64,000 nt of DNA from Mobula hypostoma (Eukaryota). The notes below the pieces were generated by a model. The model was not told the DNA's origin. It worked only from the letters and a program-made list of their open reading frames with translations, and made no database searches. The position numbers and the translations under genes were made by a program. Shown piece after piece: positions 11,801-24,275 of the stretch. The stretch lies in NCBI RefSeq assembly GCF_963921235.1, contig NC_086103.1:66712001-66776000 (forward strand), in the 5' to 3' direction. Position 1 is the first letter of the stretch; each line of letters opens with the position of its first letter.

Positions 11801-14800
11801 TATGGGGTAGAGTAGAGGGCTGAGGCATGAGTGTACGGGGTAGAGTAGAGGGTTGAGGCAGGAGTGTATGGGGTAGAGTAGAGAGTTGAGGCAGGAGTGT
11901 ATGGGGTAGAGTAGAGGGCTGAGGCATGAGTGTATGGGGTAGTGTAGAGAGCTGAGGCAGGAGTGTATGGGGTAGAGTAGAGGGTTGAGGCAGGAGTGTA
12001 TGGGGTAGAGTAGAGGGCTGAGGCACGAGTGTATGGGGTAGAGTAGAGGGTTGAGGCAGGAGTATATGGGGTAGAGTAGAGGACTGAGGCAGGAGTGTAT
12101 GGGGTAGAGTAGAGGGCTGAGGCAGGAGTGTATGGGGCAGAGTAGAGGGTTGAGGCAGGAGTGTATGGGGTAGAGTAGAGGACTGAGGCAGGAGTGTATG
12201 GGGTAGAGTAGAGGGCTGAGGCAGGAGTGTATGGGGTAGAGTAGAGAGTTGAGGCAGGAGTGTATGGGGTAGAGTAGAGAGTTGAGGCAGGAGTGTATGG
12301 GGTAGAGTAGAGAGTTGAGGCAGGAGTGTATGGGGTAGAGTACAGGGCTGAGGCAGGAGTGTATGGGGTAGAGTAGAGGGTTGAGGCAGGAGTGTATGGG
12401 GTAGAGTAGAGGGCTGAGGCAGGAGTGTATGGGGTAGTGTAGAGAGCTGAGGCAGCAGTGTATGGGGTAGAGTAGAGGGTTGAGGCAGGAGTGTATGGGG
12501 TAGAGTAGAGGACTGAGGCAGGAGTGTATGGGGTAGAGTAGAGGGCTGAGGCAGGAGTGTATGGGGTAGAGTAGAGAGTTGAGGCAGGAGTGTATGGGGT
12601 AGAGTAGAGAGTTGAGGCAGGAGTGTATGGGGTAGAGTAGAGGGTTGAGGCATGAGTGTATGGGGTAGAGTAGAGGACTGAGGCAGGAGTGTATGGGGTA
12701 GAGTAGAGGGCTGAGGCAGGAGTGTATGGGGTAGAGTAGAGAGTTGAGGCAGGAGTGTATGGGGTAGAGTAGAGAGTTGAGGCAGGAGTGTATGGGGTAG
12801 AGTAGAGAGTTGAGGCAGGAGTGTATGGGGTAGAGTAGAGAGCTGAGGCATGAGTGTATGGGGTAGAGTAGAGGGCTGAGGCACGAGTGTATGGGGTAGA
12901 GTAGAGAGCTGAGGCAGGAGTGTATGGGGTAGAGTAGAGGGTTGAGCAGGAGTATATGGGGTAGAGTAGAGGACTGAGGCAGGAGTGTATGGGGTAGAGT
13001 AGAGGGCTGAGACAGGAGTGTATGAGGTAGAGTAGAGGGTTGAGGCAGGAGTGTATGGGGTAGAGTAGGGGGCTGAGGCATGAGTGTATGGGGTAGAGTA
13101 GAGGGTTGAGGCAGGAGTGTATGGGGTAGAGTAGAGAGTTGAGGCAGGAGTGTATGGGGTAGAGTAGGGGGCTGAGGCATGAGTGTATGGGGTAGAGTAG
13201 AGAGCTGAGGCAGGAGTGTATGGGGTAGAGTAGAGGGTTGAGGCAGGAGTGTATGGGGTAGAGTAGAGGGCTGAGGCATGAGTGTACGGGGTAGAGTAGA
13301 GGGTTGAGGCAGGAGTGTATGGGGTAGAGTAGAGAGTTGAGGCAGGAGTGTATGGGGTAGAGTAGAGGGCTGAGGCATGAGTGTATGGGGTAGTGTAGAG
13401 AGCTGAGGCAGGAGTGTATGGGGTAGAGTAGAGGGTTGAGGCAGGAGTGTATGGGGTAGAGTAGAGGGCTGAGGCACGAGTGTATGGGGTAGAGTAGAGG
13501 GTTGAGGCAGGAGTATATGGGGTAGAGTAGAGGACTGAGGCAGGAGTGTATGGGGTAGAGTAGAGGGCTGAGGCAGGAGTGTATGGGGCAGAGTAGAGGG
13601 TTGAGGCAGGAGTGTATGGGGTAGAGTAGAGGACTGAGGCAGGAGTGTATGGGGTAGAGTAGAGGGCTGAGGCAGGAGTGTATGGGGTAGAGTAGAGAGT
13701 TGAGGCAGGAGTGTATGGGGTAGAGTAGAGAGTTGAGGCAGGAGTGTATGGGGTAGAGTAGAGAGTTGAGGCAGGAGTGTATGGGGTAGAGTACAGGGCT
13801 GAGGCAGGAGTGTATGGGGTAGAGTAGAGGGTTGAGGCAGGAGTGTATGGGGTAGAGTAGAGGGCTGAGGCAGGAGTGTATGGGGTAGTGTAGAGAGCTG
13901 AGGCAGCAGTGTATGGGGTAGAGTAGAGGGTTGAGGCAGGAGTGTATGGGGTAGAGTAGAGGACTGAGGCAGGAGTGTATGGGGTAGAGTAGAGGGCTGA
14001 GGCAGGAGTGTATGGGGTAGAGTAGAGAGTTGAGGCAGGAGTGTATGGGGTAGAGTAGAGAGTTGAGGCAGGAGTGTATGGGGTAGAGTAGAGGGTTGAG
14101 GCATGAGTGTATGGGGTAGAGTAGAGGACTGAGGCAGGAGTGTATGGGGTAGAGTAGAGGGCTGAGGCAGGAGTGTATGGGGTAGAGTAGAGGGCTGAGG
14201 CAGGAGTGTATGGGGTAGAGTAGAGAGTTGAGGCAGGAGTGTATGGGGTAGAGTAGAGAGTTGAGGCAGGAGTGTATGGGGTAGAGTAGAGAGTTGAGGC
14301 AGGAGTGTATGGGGTAGAGTAGAGAGCTGAGGCATGAGTGTATGGGGTAGAGTAGAGGGCTGAGGCACGAGTGTATGGGGTAGAGTAGAGAGTTGAGGCA
14401 GGAGTGTATGGGGTAGAGTAGAGGGCTGAGGCACGAGTGTATGGGGTAGAGTAGAGAGTTGAGGCAGGAGTGTATGGGGTAGAGTAGAGGACTGAGGCAC
14501 GAGTGTATGGGGTAGAGTAGAGGGCTGAGGCAGGAGTGTATGGGGTAGAGTAGAGAGTTGAGGCAGGAGTGTATGGGGTAGAGTAGAGGGTTGAGGCAGG
14601 AGTGTATGGGGTAGAGTAGAGAGTTGAGGCAGGAGTGTATGGGGTAGAGTAGAGAGTTGAGACAGGAGTGTATGGGGTAGAGTAGAGGGCTGAGGCAGGA
14701 GTGTATGGGGTAGAGTAGAGAGTTGAGGCAGGAGTGTATGGGGTAGAGTAGAGGACTGAGGCAGGAGTGTATGAGGTAGAGTAGAGGGCTGAGGCAGGAG

Positions 14801-17030
14801 TGTATGGGGTAGAGTAGAGGGCTGAGGCAGGAGTGTATGGGGTAGTGTAGAGGACTGAGGCAGGAGTGTATGGGGTAGAGTAGAGGGCTGAGGCACGAGT
14901 GTATGGGGTAGAGTAGAGGGCTGAGGCACGAGTGTATGGGGTAGAGTAGAGGGTTGAGGCAGGAGTATATGGGGTAGAGTAGAGGACTGAGGCAGGAGTA
15001 TATGGGGTAGAGTAGAGGGTTGAGGCAGGAGTGTATGGGGTAGAGTAGAGGGCTGAGGCAGGAGTGTATGGGGTAGAGTAGAGGGCTGAGGCACGAGTGT
15101 ATGGGGTAGAGTAGAGGGTTGAGGCAGGAGTATATGGGGTAGAGTAGAGGACTGAGGCAGGAGTGTATGGGGCAGAGTAGAGGGTTGAGGCAGGAGTGTA
15201 TGGGGTAGAGTAGAGAGTTGAGGCAGGAGTGTATGGGGTAGAGTAGAGGGCTGAGGCAGGAGTGTATGGGGTAGAGTAGAGAGTTGAGGCAGGAGTGTAT
15301 GGGGTAGAGTAGAGGGCTGAGGCAGGAGTGTATGGGGTAGAGTAGAGAGTTGAGGCAGGAGTGTATGGGGTAGAGTAGAGAGTTGAGGCAGGAGTGTATG
15401 GGGTAGAGTAGAGAGTTGAGGCAGGAGTGTATGGGGTAGAGTAGAGAGCTGAGGCATGAGTGTATGGGGTAGAGTAGAGGGCTGAGGCACGAGTGTATGG
15501 GGTAGAGTAGAGAGTTGAGGCAGGAGTGTATGGGGTAGAGTAGAGGGCTGAGGCACGAGTGTATGGGGTAGAGTAGAGAGTTGAGGCAGGAGTGTATGGG
15601 GTAGAGTAGAGGACTGAGGCACGAGTGTATGGGGTAGAGTAGAGGGCTGAGGCAGGAGTGTATGGGGTAGAGTAGAGAGTTGAGGCAGGAGTGTATGGGG
15701 TAGAGTAGAGGGTTGAGGCAGGAGTGTATGGGGTAGAGTAGAGAGTTGAGGCAGGAGTGTATGGGGTAGAGTAGAGAGTTGAGACAGGAGTGTATGGGGT
15801 AGAGTAGAGGGCTGAGGCAGGAGTGTATGGGGTAGAGTAGAGAGTTGAGGCAGGAGTGTATGGGGTAGAGTAGAGGACTGAGGCAGGAGTGTATGAGGTA
15901 GAGTAGAGGGCTGAGGCAGGAGTGTATGGGGTAGAGTAGAGGGCTGAGGCAGGAGTGTATGGGGTAGTGTAGAGGACTGAGGCAGGAGTGTATGGGGTAG
16001 AGTAGAGGGCTGAGGCACGAGTGTATGGGGTAGAGTAGAGGACTGAGGCAGGAGTGTATGGGGTAGAGTAGAGGGTTGAGGCAGGAGTGTATGGGGTAGA
16101 GTAGAGGACTGAGGCAGGAGTGTATGGGGTAGAGTAGAGAGCTGAGGCAGGAGTGTATGGGGTAGAGTAGAGGGTTGAGGCATGAGTTTATGGGGTAGAG
16201 TAGAGGACTGAGGCAGGAGTGTATGGGGTAGTGTAGAGGGCTGAGGCACGAGTGTATGGGGTAGAGTAGAGAGCTGAGGCAGGAGTGTATGGGGTAGAGT
16301 AGAGGGCTGAGGCAGGAGTGTATGGGGTAGAGTAGAGAGTTGAGGCAGGAGTGTATGGGGTAGAGTAGAGAGTTGAGGCAGGAGTGTATGGGGTAGAGTA
16401 GAGGGCTGAGGCACGAGTGTATGGGGTAGAGTAGAGAGTTGAGGCAGGAGTGTATGGGGTAGAGTAGAGGGCTGAGGCACGAGTGTATGGGGTAGTGTAG
16501 AGAGTTGAGGCAGGAGTGTATGGGGTAGAGTAGAGAGTTGAGGCAGGAGTGTATGGGGTAGAGTAGAGGGCTGAGGCACGAGTGTATGGGGTAGAGTAGA
16601 GGACTGAGGCAGGAGTGTATGGGGCAGAGTAAAGAGCTGAAGACACAGTTTTGTCATGATAACAAGCGTGGTGGAATTGTTGCTGCCTATCCTTGCTAAC
16701 CTAAGTCTGTTGGTCAAGAAGTCAACAATCCAATTGCAAAGGGAGGTGTTGAGTCCTAGGTTTAGGATTATGGATATGAGTTTGCCTGGAATTACAGTAT
16801 TGAAAGTGGAGCTGTAATCTATAAACAACAGTCCAACATAAGTGTTTTTATTGTGCCAATATTGCACAAATGAGTGTAGATCCAGGGAGATGGTGTCTGC
16901 CATAGACTTGTTTTGGCAGTGGGCTAAAGTTGTCTGGGAGGCTAGAGATGATGGGTGTCATGACCGGCGTCTTAAAGCACTACATGATAGTGAATGTCAG
17001 AGCCACTGGGCAAGGGTATTAAGGTAATTT
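8815..17030 (-). mobile_element. Rex1/Babar-like LINE RT, split in two by the 33-bp array
   Basis: Right arm (16645-16990): LLFIDYSSTFNTVIPGKLISIILNLGLNTSLCNWIVDFLTNR..RIGSNNSTTL. The left arm (below 9290) continues THDYMSRFSSNCIY, followed by degraded downstream RT sequence. Confidence 0.85.
9287..16640. repeat. 33-bp G-rich minisatellite, ~220 copies
   Basis: Consensus TGAGGCAGGAGTGTATGGGGTAGAGTAGAGGG(C/T); 11-aa periodicity in all three minus-strand frames (PQPSTLPHTLL, CLSPLLYPIHS, ASALYSTPYTP). Confidence 0.98.
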
Positions 17031-20000
17031 ACATTGTTTTTCTTAGGTGTAGTGGTAATAGTGGTTTTCAAAATCCAGCACAGAGCCGTTAATAGCATCA
17101 CTAAGAAATGCAAAAGAAACACTTTCTCAAATAGTTCTAATATTTGGCATTATTAGGAGGAGTGAAACTGATAAGCAGAGGTATATTTAAGATGAATTTG
17201 GCTTTATATATGACAGAGTGCTATGTTTATGCAGTAGACCATAGACCAGAAAGGTGGGAAGGTCTGCCTCTGTGTAGTCGACTTTATGTGCCTGAAAGCT
17301 CCAACAATGCTGAAGTAGAGAACTCATAAGTTGGAACCTTTTAGGTGCTTCATGTGGAACTGCCCACAGCTCTACCATGTGCTTGCCTCTTGCACAAGTA
17401 TGCAAGTATTAAACTTGGTGGCTGAGTCTTGGCTGCATTTTGCTACTGGCTGCACCAGTGGACTTCAAACTTGCTGACCTTCTCTGAGCCAACACCGGCA
17501 AAACTCCCCTCTATCCTGCACAAGATGCAGGAAACCTGCACTGTGCTGCAACAAACGGCAGCAACAACCAGTTACATTTGTCCTTGATTATATCAGAAGT
17601 GTTGCGAGGGAGTTTTACAAATACTTAATAGTTTTAAAAGCATAATTGCTTTATTGACGTTAGTAGACTCTGAACATAAAAGATTTTCAAAAAAAGAGCA
17701 TTTAAAACAAGACAGTTTTGACAACTGTCAGCTTTTCTAGTCATTTTGTTTGTAGGCCTTTCTTCAACCTGTTCATTTGACTCATAAGGCCCTGATACTA
17801 TACTCCAACCCACCAGTTAAAGGATATGTCATCTTCTTTTCCACTTGCCAGTGCAGTCACGATTTGTGGGTGCTTGTGAACTATATGTTTATCATACATT
17901 TATCTTGTTTAAAATCCTTTATTTTAAAGCAGAGTCTCAAAGCTGTATAAACATCTGTTCATCCCCGCTGATCTTTCGGGGTCACTGCAGTGCATTCTTC
18001 GTAACGTACTCCTGCACCTCAGAATGCGATAGTCAGCAGCATGCAGTTGAGGAAATTTCTTTGCACTGGAAGACAAGTAAGTATTGAGCTGACCACACTG
18101 CACTGCACCTTTCACTAAGCTGATGAATATCCAGCAGCAGTTGTTGCTTAGTACCTTGAAGTGATGGACTTCCAGACCAGATTCCATGGACTGGGTTCCA
18201 CAAAAGCACATTCTATTTAAGTAACGATGAAGCAGACCTCACAGATGAAGTGATGACCTATGAGAATGATTAGCCCTTGTTATCCATTGAGTTATACACA
18301 ACTTAATAAAACTGAAAATGAGATCCAGGCATTAACCAATTTGCATGCTAAGGGCCTTGATAAGTTTGTCTTCAGATACATGGAGAATCTGTAAGGAAAA
18401 TAACTGGCAGTGGAATCCATGGTAACCCCATGGTTTACGATTCATTTTTCATTGCATGATGCACAAAATGGTGAATCAATGCAATTCCTGCCCTAGGCAT
18501 AGAAATTTGACCTATTGTCCAAAAATTGTAGATGAGTTCTCTTTCTATAGCAGGAACTTCGAATGATATGAGGTGACAAGATAATATAGCGCCACCTAGT
18601 GTTGTGATTACAAGCAATAGACGTTAACACTGGGATTCGCATTAGAACATAACCTGCTGATGTGATCAAAATAACTAAGTTTAGGTTTATAAGTAACAAA
18701 CACAAGGTGCTGTAGGAGCTCACCAGATCTCGCAGCAGCTATGGACAGGAATTAACAGTTGATGCTTTGAGCCAAGTCCCTTCTATTGTCTACATATAAA
18801 TTTAAAAAAATACTTGGAAGGTTTATCAAAATGTGGAAGATTTTTAATATAAAACCATTTTGTTCAAGATCGCTTTTCTTAGTATCTCCCTAGATTTCTA
18901 GGAATTCAGTTTGTTTTCTCAGAACACTAATTGGAAACTGAAGTTGTCAAAGGATCAAATTAAAAAAACACACATGGAATTTTCCAAAAGATTTATTACT
19001 TATGATTTTTTAAAAATGTAAGAAAATATCAAGCTGTCTGATATTATACTGTGAATCCTAGAAAATGAGGGCATCTGACTTCTCAGTTCAGTGAGATTAT
19101 GCAACTATTCAGAAACTATTTCCACCAGGATTTATGCAAGCATAAATTCTTGTCAAACCTCAGAGCTGTGAAATATAACACTCAGATAGACATTTCATAG
19201 TTAGAGTAATTGACAAGCCTTGTGCAAACTAACTCTCAGAGTCGACATGCCTCACAATTTGATCTTTCCTCATAGCACAGGTTATCCATTTGATACAAAA
19301 GGATGTATATTGAAAAAATATGTTCTCTTTTGAAATAGGGAATGAACAATTTGCAAACTTAATTTTGGCAGTATTAATTTGTTATGCCCCTTGTTGCTGA
19401 AGCAATGCAATATTAATATTCATTATAGCATTATTATGTTATAATGAATTTATTTTTATTCAGAATTTCTGATAATTACAAACTGTGCTTGTCCAATTCT
19501 CAGATGTTTCTGCTCTCATCAGGCATTGGGAGTTGCCTCTTACAGCTTGAGAAGCCTGGCTTGCTCACTATAGACCTTGAATAGATGGACAATATACTCA
19601 CCTTGGCTGTTCAGTGTCTGTTTGATCTGCTACACAATGCACAATAACTCCGTGTTAGTAGAGAACAGTGGGAGATCCATGACAGGTAACCAAGTGAACT
19701 AAAAGGAAGCTTGATTCAAAGAGATTTTGGTCACCATCGCTGCTCTTTACTGCTCAGTCAGCATGTTCTCTACCATCTCAGTGATGAAGTTAGTACCTGA
19801 ACAAGAGTCCTTTGCAGAATGTCGACTTCCAAAGTACAGAGGCTGTTCAAGGGAACCTCAGCCACTGAACTGATGTCTGAGCAGCCTGTATCTGCCTCTG
19901 CTGAGACTACAAGGTTTGTACTTTATAGGCATTCTAGGAATAGGAAGAATATACTTTTGTCTTGTTCTAGGGTACACACACAGTTGTTTAGAACGTTGAT

Positions 20001-20194
20001 GCACTGAGTTTCAGTTCTTTGCACTCAAAGTTACTTTGCATTGAGTAACAAGTGGTCTCCCACCATTTCTAATGATGAAGTCCTGATTGGTGTCAAACGT
20101 AGGAGGATTGTCAGGGTATGCATTGTTGATTATAGGACAAGATCTGCTGGGAGTGAGGCAAAGAAGGGTTGCCACTTTGATGTTAGATAGGTCA

Positions 20195-21540
20195 GCCATA
20201 AAACCATAAAACATTGGAGCAGAATTAAGCCATTTGGCCCACTGAGTCTGCTTCACCATTTGATCATGGCAGATTTATTATCCCTCTCAATCCATTTTCC
20301 TGCCTTCTCCCCATTACCTCTGATGCCCTTACTAATCAAGAACCCATAAACTTCCGTTTTAAGTAAGTTCATTGAGTTGGCCTCCACAGGCATCCATGGC
20401 AATGAATTCCACAGATTCACCACTCTCTGGCGAAAGAAATTCCTTCTCATCTGTTCAAATGAGACATCCTTGTATTCTGAGGTTGTGTCCTCTGGTCCTA
20501 GACTTCCCCACCACTGGAAACATCCTCTCAACATCCACTCTATCTGGACTTTCAATATGCAATAGGTTCGATAAGATCCGCGCCTCCCCCACCCCCCACC
20601 ACCATTCTTGCACACTCCAGCAAGCACAGGCTCACAGTCATTAAATGCTCCTCATACGTTAACCCTTTCATTCCCTGGATCATTCTCATGAACTTCCTCT
20701 GGATCCTCTCGAAACTCCAGCACATCCTTGCTTAGATGAAGGGCTCAAAGCTGTTCACAATACTCCAAATGCGATCTGACCAACACCTTATAAAGCCTCA
20801 GCATTACACCTTACTTTTATATTCTAGTCCCTAAAATGAACATAACATTGCATTTGCTTTCCTTATCACTAAATCAACCTGCAAGTTAACCGTTAGGGAA
20901 TCTTTACTGGGAATTTCAAGTCCTTTGTATCTCCAGGTTATGAATTTGTTCCCCATTTAGACCTTTAGTCTACACCACCAAAGTGCACGACCATAAACTT
21001 ACACTTTATTCCATCTTGCAAACCCTATCCCTTATTTATTTATTTATTTATCTATCTATCTATTTTCTTTTCCCCCCTTTTTTCCCTCTCTTTCTTCTCC
21101 CTCTGTCCCTCTCAGTATAACTCCTTACCCATCCTCTGTGCTTTCCCCCCTCCCCCTTTCTTTCTCCCTAGGCCTCCTGTCCCATGATCCTTCCCCTTCT
21201 CCAGCTTTGTATCCCTTTTGCCAATCAACTTTCCAGCTCTTAGCTCCATCCCTCCCCTTCCTATCATTTTGGATCTCCCCTTCCCCCCCAACTTTCAAAT
21301 CTCTTATTATCTCTTCTTTCAGTTAGTCCTGATGAAGGGTCTCGGCTCGAGACATTGACTGTACCTCTTCCTGTAGATGCTACCTGGCCTGCTGCGTTCA
21401 CCAGCATTTTTTGTGTGTGTTACTTTATTCCATCTGTCACTTTTTTGCCCATTCTCCTGATCTGTCCAATTCCTTCTGCAGACTCCTTGCTCCTTGCTTC
21501 CTGCCTGCCCCTCCACCTATATATGTTTGCCCACAAACTT
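20195..21540 (-). mobile_element. CR1 LINE 3' portion, interrupted at ~21020-21420 by a Penelope fragment
   Basis: Minus translation RRNFFRQRVVNLWNSLPW; CR1 3' UTR at ~20195-20280; RT sequence resumes at ~21420-21545. Confidence 0.85.
21020..21420 (+). mobile_element. Penelope-like element 3' end with decayed hammerhead motif
   Basis: Pyrimidine-rich tract followed by AGTC-CTGATGA-AGGGTCTCGGCTC-GAGACATT-GACT..GATGCTACCTGGCCTGCTGCGTTCACCAGCATTTTTTGTGTGT; closely similar to 26760-27050. Confidence 0.8.
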
Positions 21541-22864
21541 GGCTCCACTGGTCTCAGAACAACAGAAGCACCTGACCCTCTCGGACCATGGACAGCGCTG
21601 TCTTTGGGATTGCCTGCACAGGTTGGTAAGGTTATACAGAGCTACACAGTGCAGGGAACAAGTAAGCAGCAACAAAGTGTGGATCTGAACAGCAAAGCTG
21701 ACAAAGTTAGCAAGTTCAAGTTCACGGAAGAAAACCTTTCAGCAAGTCACCGAACAAAGTAGCTGTGAAGCCGCAGTGTTTATTACCGGATTATCAAAAC
21801 AATTCACTTCCTGTGGGAACTGAAGGGAGAAGAAGAAATGTCTTGTTTTGCATATGGAACAAGAAAGGAGATTCTGCATCAATTGCAGTTATTGCATCAA
21901 TAGCTACCATTGTGGTAGGAACCAATTCCTCTTCCTTTGGCAATGTTAAATGTGCCAATGCAAGCCCAAACAGTTTCCACTGTGTGGCAACATTTTTCAT
22001 GAAAAGTCTAGTAAAAGGAAGCTCATTCTCATTGATGGCTTGAGTTCAATAATTGAAAGGAGCCTACAGTGGGTTTCAGTTGTCCAGACATGGTTGCCTG
22101 AAGAGTAGAGTGGCATGGCAATCTTGTTGTCCTGTCTCCAGGTGACACCATCCCTGCTCCCTTTCCAGCACTCTGCACCATTTCTCCTGGAGCAGGCAGC
22201 CAGGTTGAAGAGAGGCCGCTGTTCGAATGGAATCACTGCAGGCAGTAGCTTCCTTAGGGACGTGATGGACATGTTCCCTTCAGATTCTCAGTAGCCATCC
22301 ACCTCTTCTACTGTTGTCTGGACATCAATAGGATGGTTACAACAGGGACACTCCAGGGTAAATAATTTAACGTTTAGAAGAGCTGCTGCTGTTGCAGTAT
22401 TTTCATTGGATCAGAATCAGAATTCAGTTTATTATCACTGTTCCAAATGATGTGAAATTTGTTTTATTGCAGCTACACTACAGTGCAAAGACATAAAATT
22501 GCTATGAATTACAAAATAATTAAATTGTGCAAAAAAAATTAATGACATCATATTCATGGGGTGCTCAGAAAAATGATAGCAGAGGCTGTTTCTGAATCAT
22601 TGAATGTTGGTCTTCAGGATCCTACACCTCCTCCCTGAGATTTTATCAAAGATAGTGGTGTCATCCTCAGATTTATGGATGATGTTTGAATTGTACTTTT
22701 TGTGTTTTTGTTCAAGTTTATAGTCATTGAGTAATGGTGAGTTTGTGTGTGTGCTTTTTGACTATTCACAGAGCCAGGGATGAGTGACATTGTGCGGCTG
22801 CTGGATTTCTTGATGGAACTTCAGAGACAGACGGAAAAGCAACTGACAGCAGAGCACTGACAAA

Positions 22865-24275
22865 AGAAAATCTGCAAATGCCAGAAATCCAAGGCAACAC
22901 AGACACAAGGCTGGAGGAACTCAGCAGGTCAGGCAGCATCTGTGGAAATGAATAAACAGTTGACGTTTCAGGCCGAGACCTTTCTCGGAGCTGGAAAGGA
23001 AGGGGGAAGATGCCTGAATAAAAATATGGGGTGGGGGGGAGAAGCAGAATGGCTGGAGGGTGATAGGTGAAGCCAGGGAAAGGTCAAGGGCTGGAGAGGA
23101 AGGAATCTGATAGGAGAGGAGAGTGAACATAGGGAGAAAGGGAAGGAGAAGGGGCACCCAGGGGGAGGTGGTAAGCAAATAGGAAGAGGTAAGAGGCCAA
23201 AGTGGGGAATAGAAGAAGAGGGGAAGAGGGGGGAAATTCTTTTTACTGGAAAGAGAAATCGATGTTCATGCCATCAGGTTGGAGGCTACCCAGACAAAGG
23301 ATTTCGGCCTGAAACGTTGACTGTGCTCTTTTCGATAGATGCTGCCTGGCCTGCTGAGTTCCTCCAGCATTTTGTGTGTGTCGCTTCAGAATACTGTATA
23401 AGGTGTTGTTCCTCCACCCTGTGTGGCCTCATCGTGGCAGAAGAGGCGGCCATGGACCAGCATGTTTGAACAGGAATGGGAATTGGAATTAAAATGTTTT
23501 TCCACTGGGAAGTTCTGCTTTTGGAGGATGGAGTGGGGGTGCTCGACAAAGTGGTCCCCCAATTTACGACGTGTTTCACCAATGTAGAGGAGGCTGCACA
23601 GGAGCACCGGACACAATAGACCACCCCAACAGATTCGCAGGTGAAGCACTATCTCTCCTGGAAGGACTGTTTGGGGCCCTGAATGCAGGTGAGGGAGGAG
23701 GTGTGTAGGCAGGTGTAGCACTTTGGTTGCTTGAGGGGGTGTTGGGAGGGAGATTAGTGGGGGAGGCATAAATAAACAAGGGAATTGCAGAGAGAGTGAT
23801 CCCTGTGGAAACTGGAGGGGTGGGGGAAGGAGATGTGAGGTAAAGATATGTTTGGTGTTATGATCCCTTTGGAGATGTTGTGGAGAATGATGTATTGAAT
23901 GTGGAGGCTCATGGAGTGGTAGGTAAGGGCAAGAGGAACGGAGTTGGTAAGTGATAGGTGAATCTGGGTGAGAGGGAGTAAAACAGGAGATAATATGAGA
24001 AGCTGAGCGATAAGAGGTGGAAGAGCCAATGAGTTGAAAAAGATGGAATCTGATAGGAGAGGACAGTTCACCAGGGAATAAAGGGAAGGAGGAACCAGTG
24101 GAAAGTGAAGGTGATGGGCATGTCGTTACGGTGGGGTAGGAGAGAGATAAGAGGTAAAGTGGCTAGAACAATAAGGGAAAAGAAAAGGAGTAACAGAGGT
24201 GTGTGGTTACTAGAAGTTCGAGAAATCAATCCTGTGGCCGTCAGGTTGGAGACTACCAATTCAGAATATAGAGTA
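22865..24275 (-). mobile_element. Penelope-like element cluster with GIY-YIG endonuclease remnant and an inverted pLTR piece at ~23290-23385
   Basis: Minus frames give VYCVRCS / LLYIGETRRKLGDHFVEH..FPVEKHFNSNSHSCSNMLVHG..VEEQHLI, the PLE GIY-YIG C-terminus. Confidence 0.85.

Noticed and set aside
9287-16640. CRISPR array or telomeric repeat
   Set aside because: No unique spacers, no cas genes, eukaryotic context, and the unit is not TTAGGG.
9949-16903. Long ORFs (2194, 813, 494 aa) as a mucin-like or adhesive protein gene
   Set aside because: All frames are open because of repeat composition, 1-bp indels switch frame freely, and the N-terminus is decayed LINE RT with no signal peptide.
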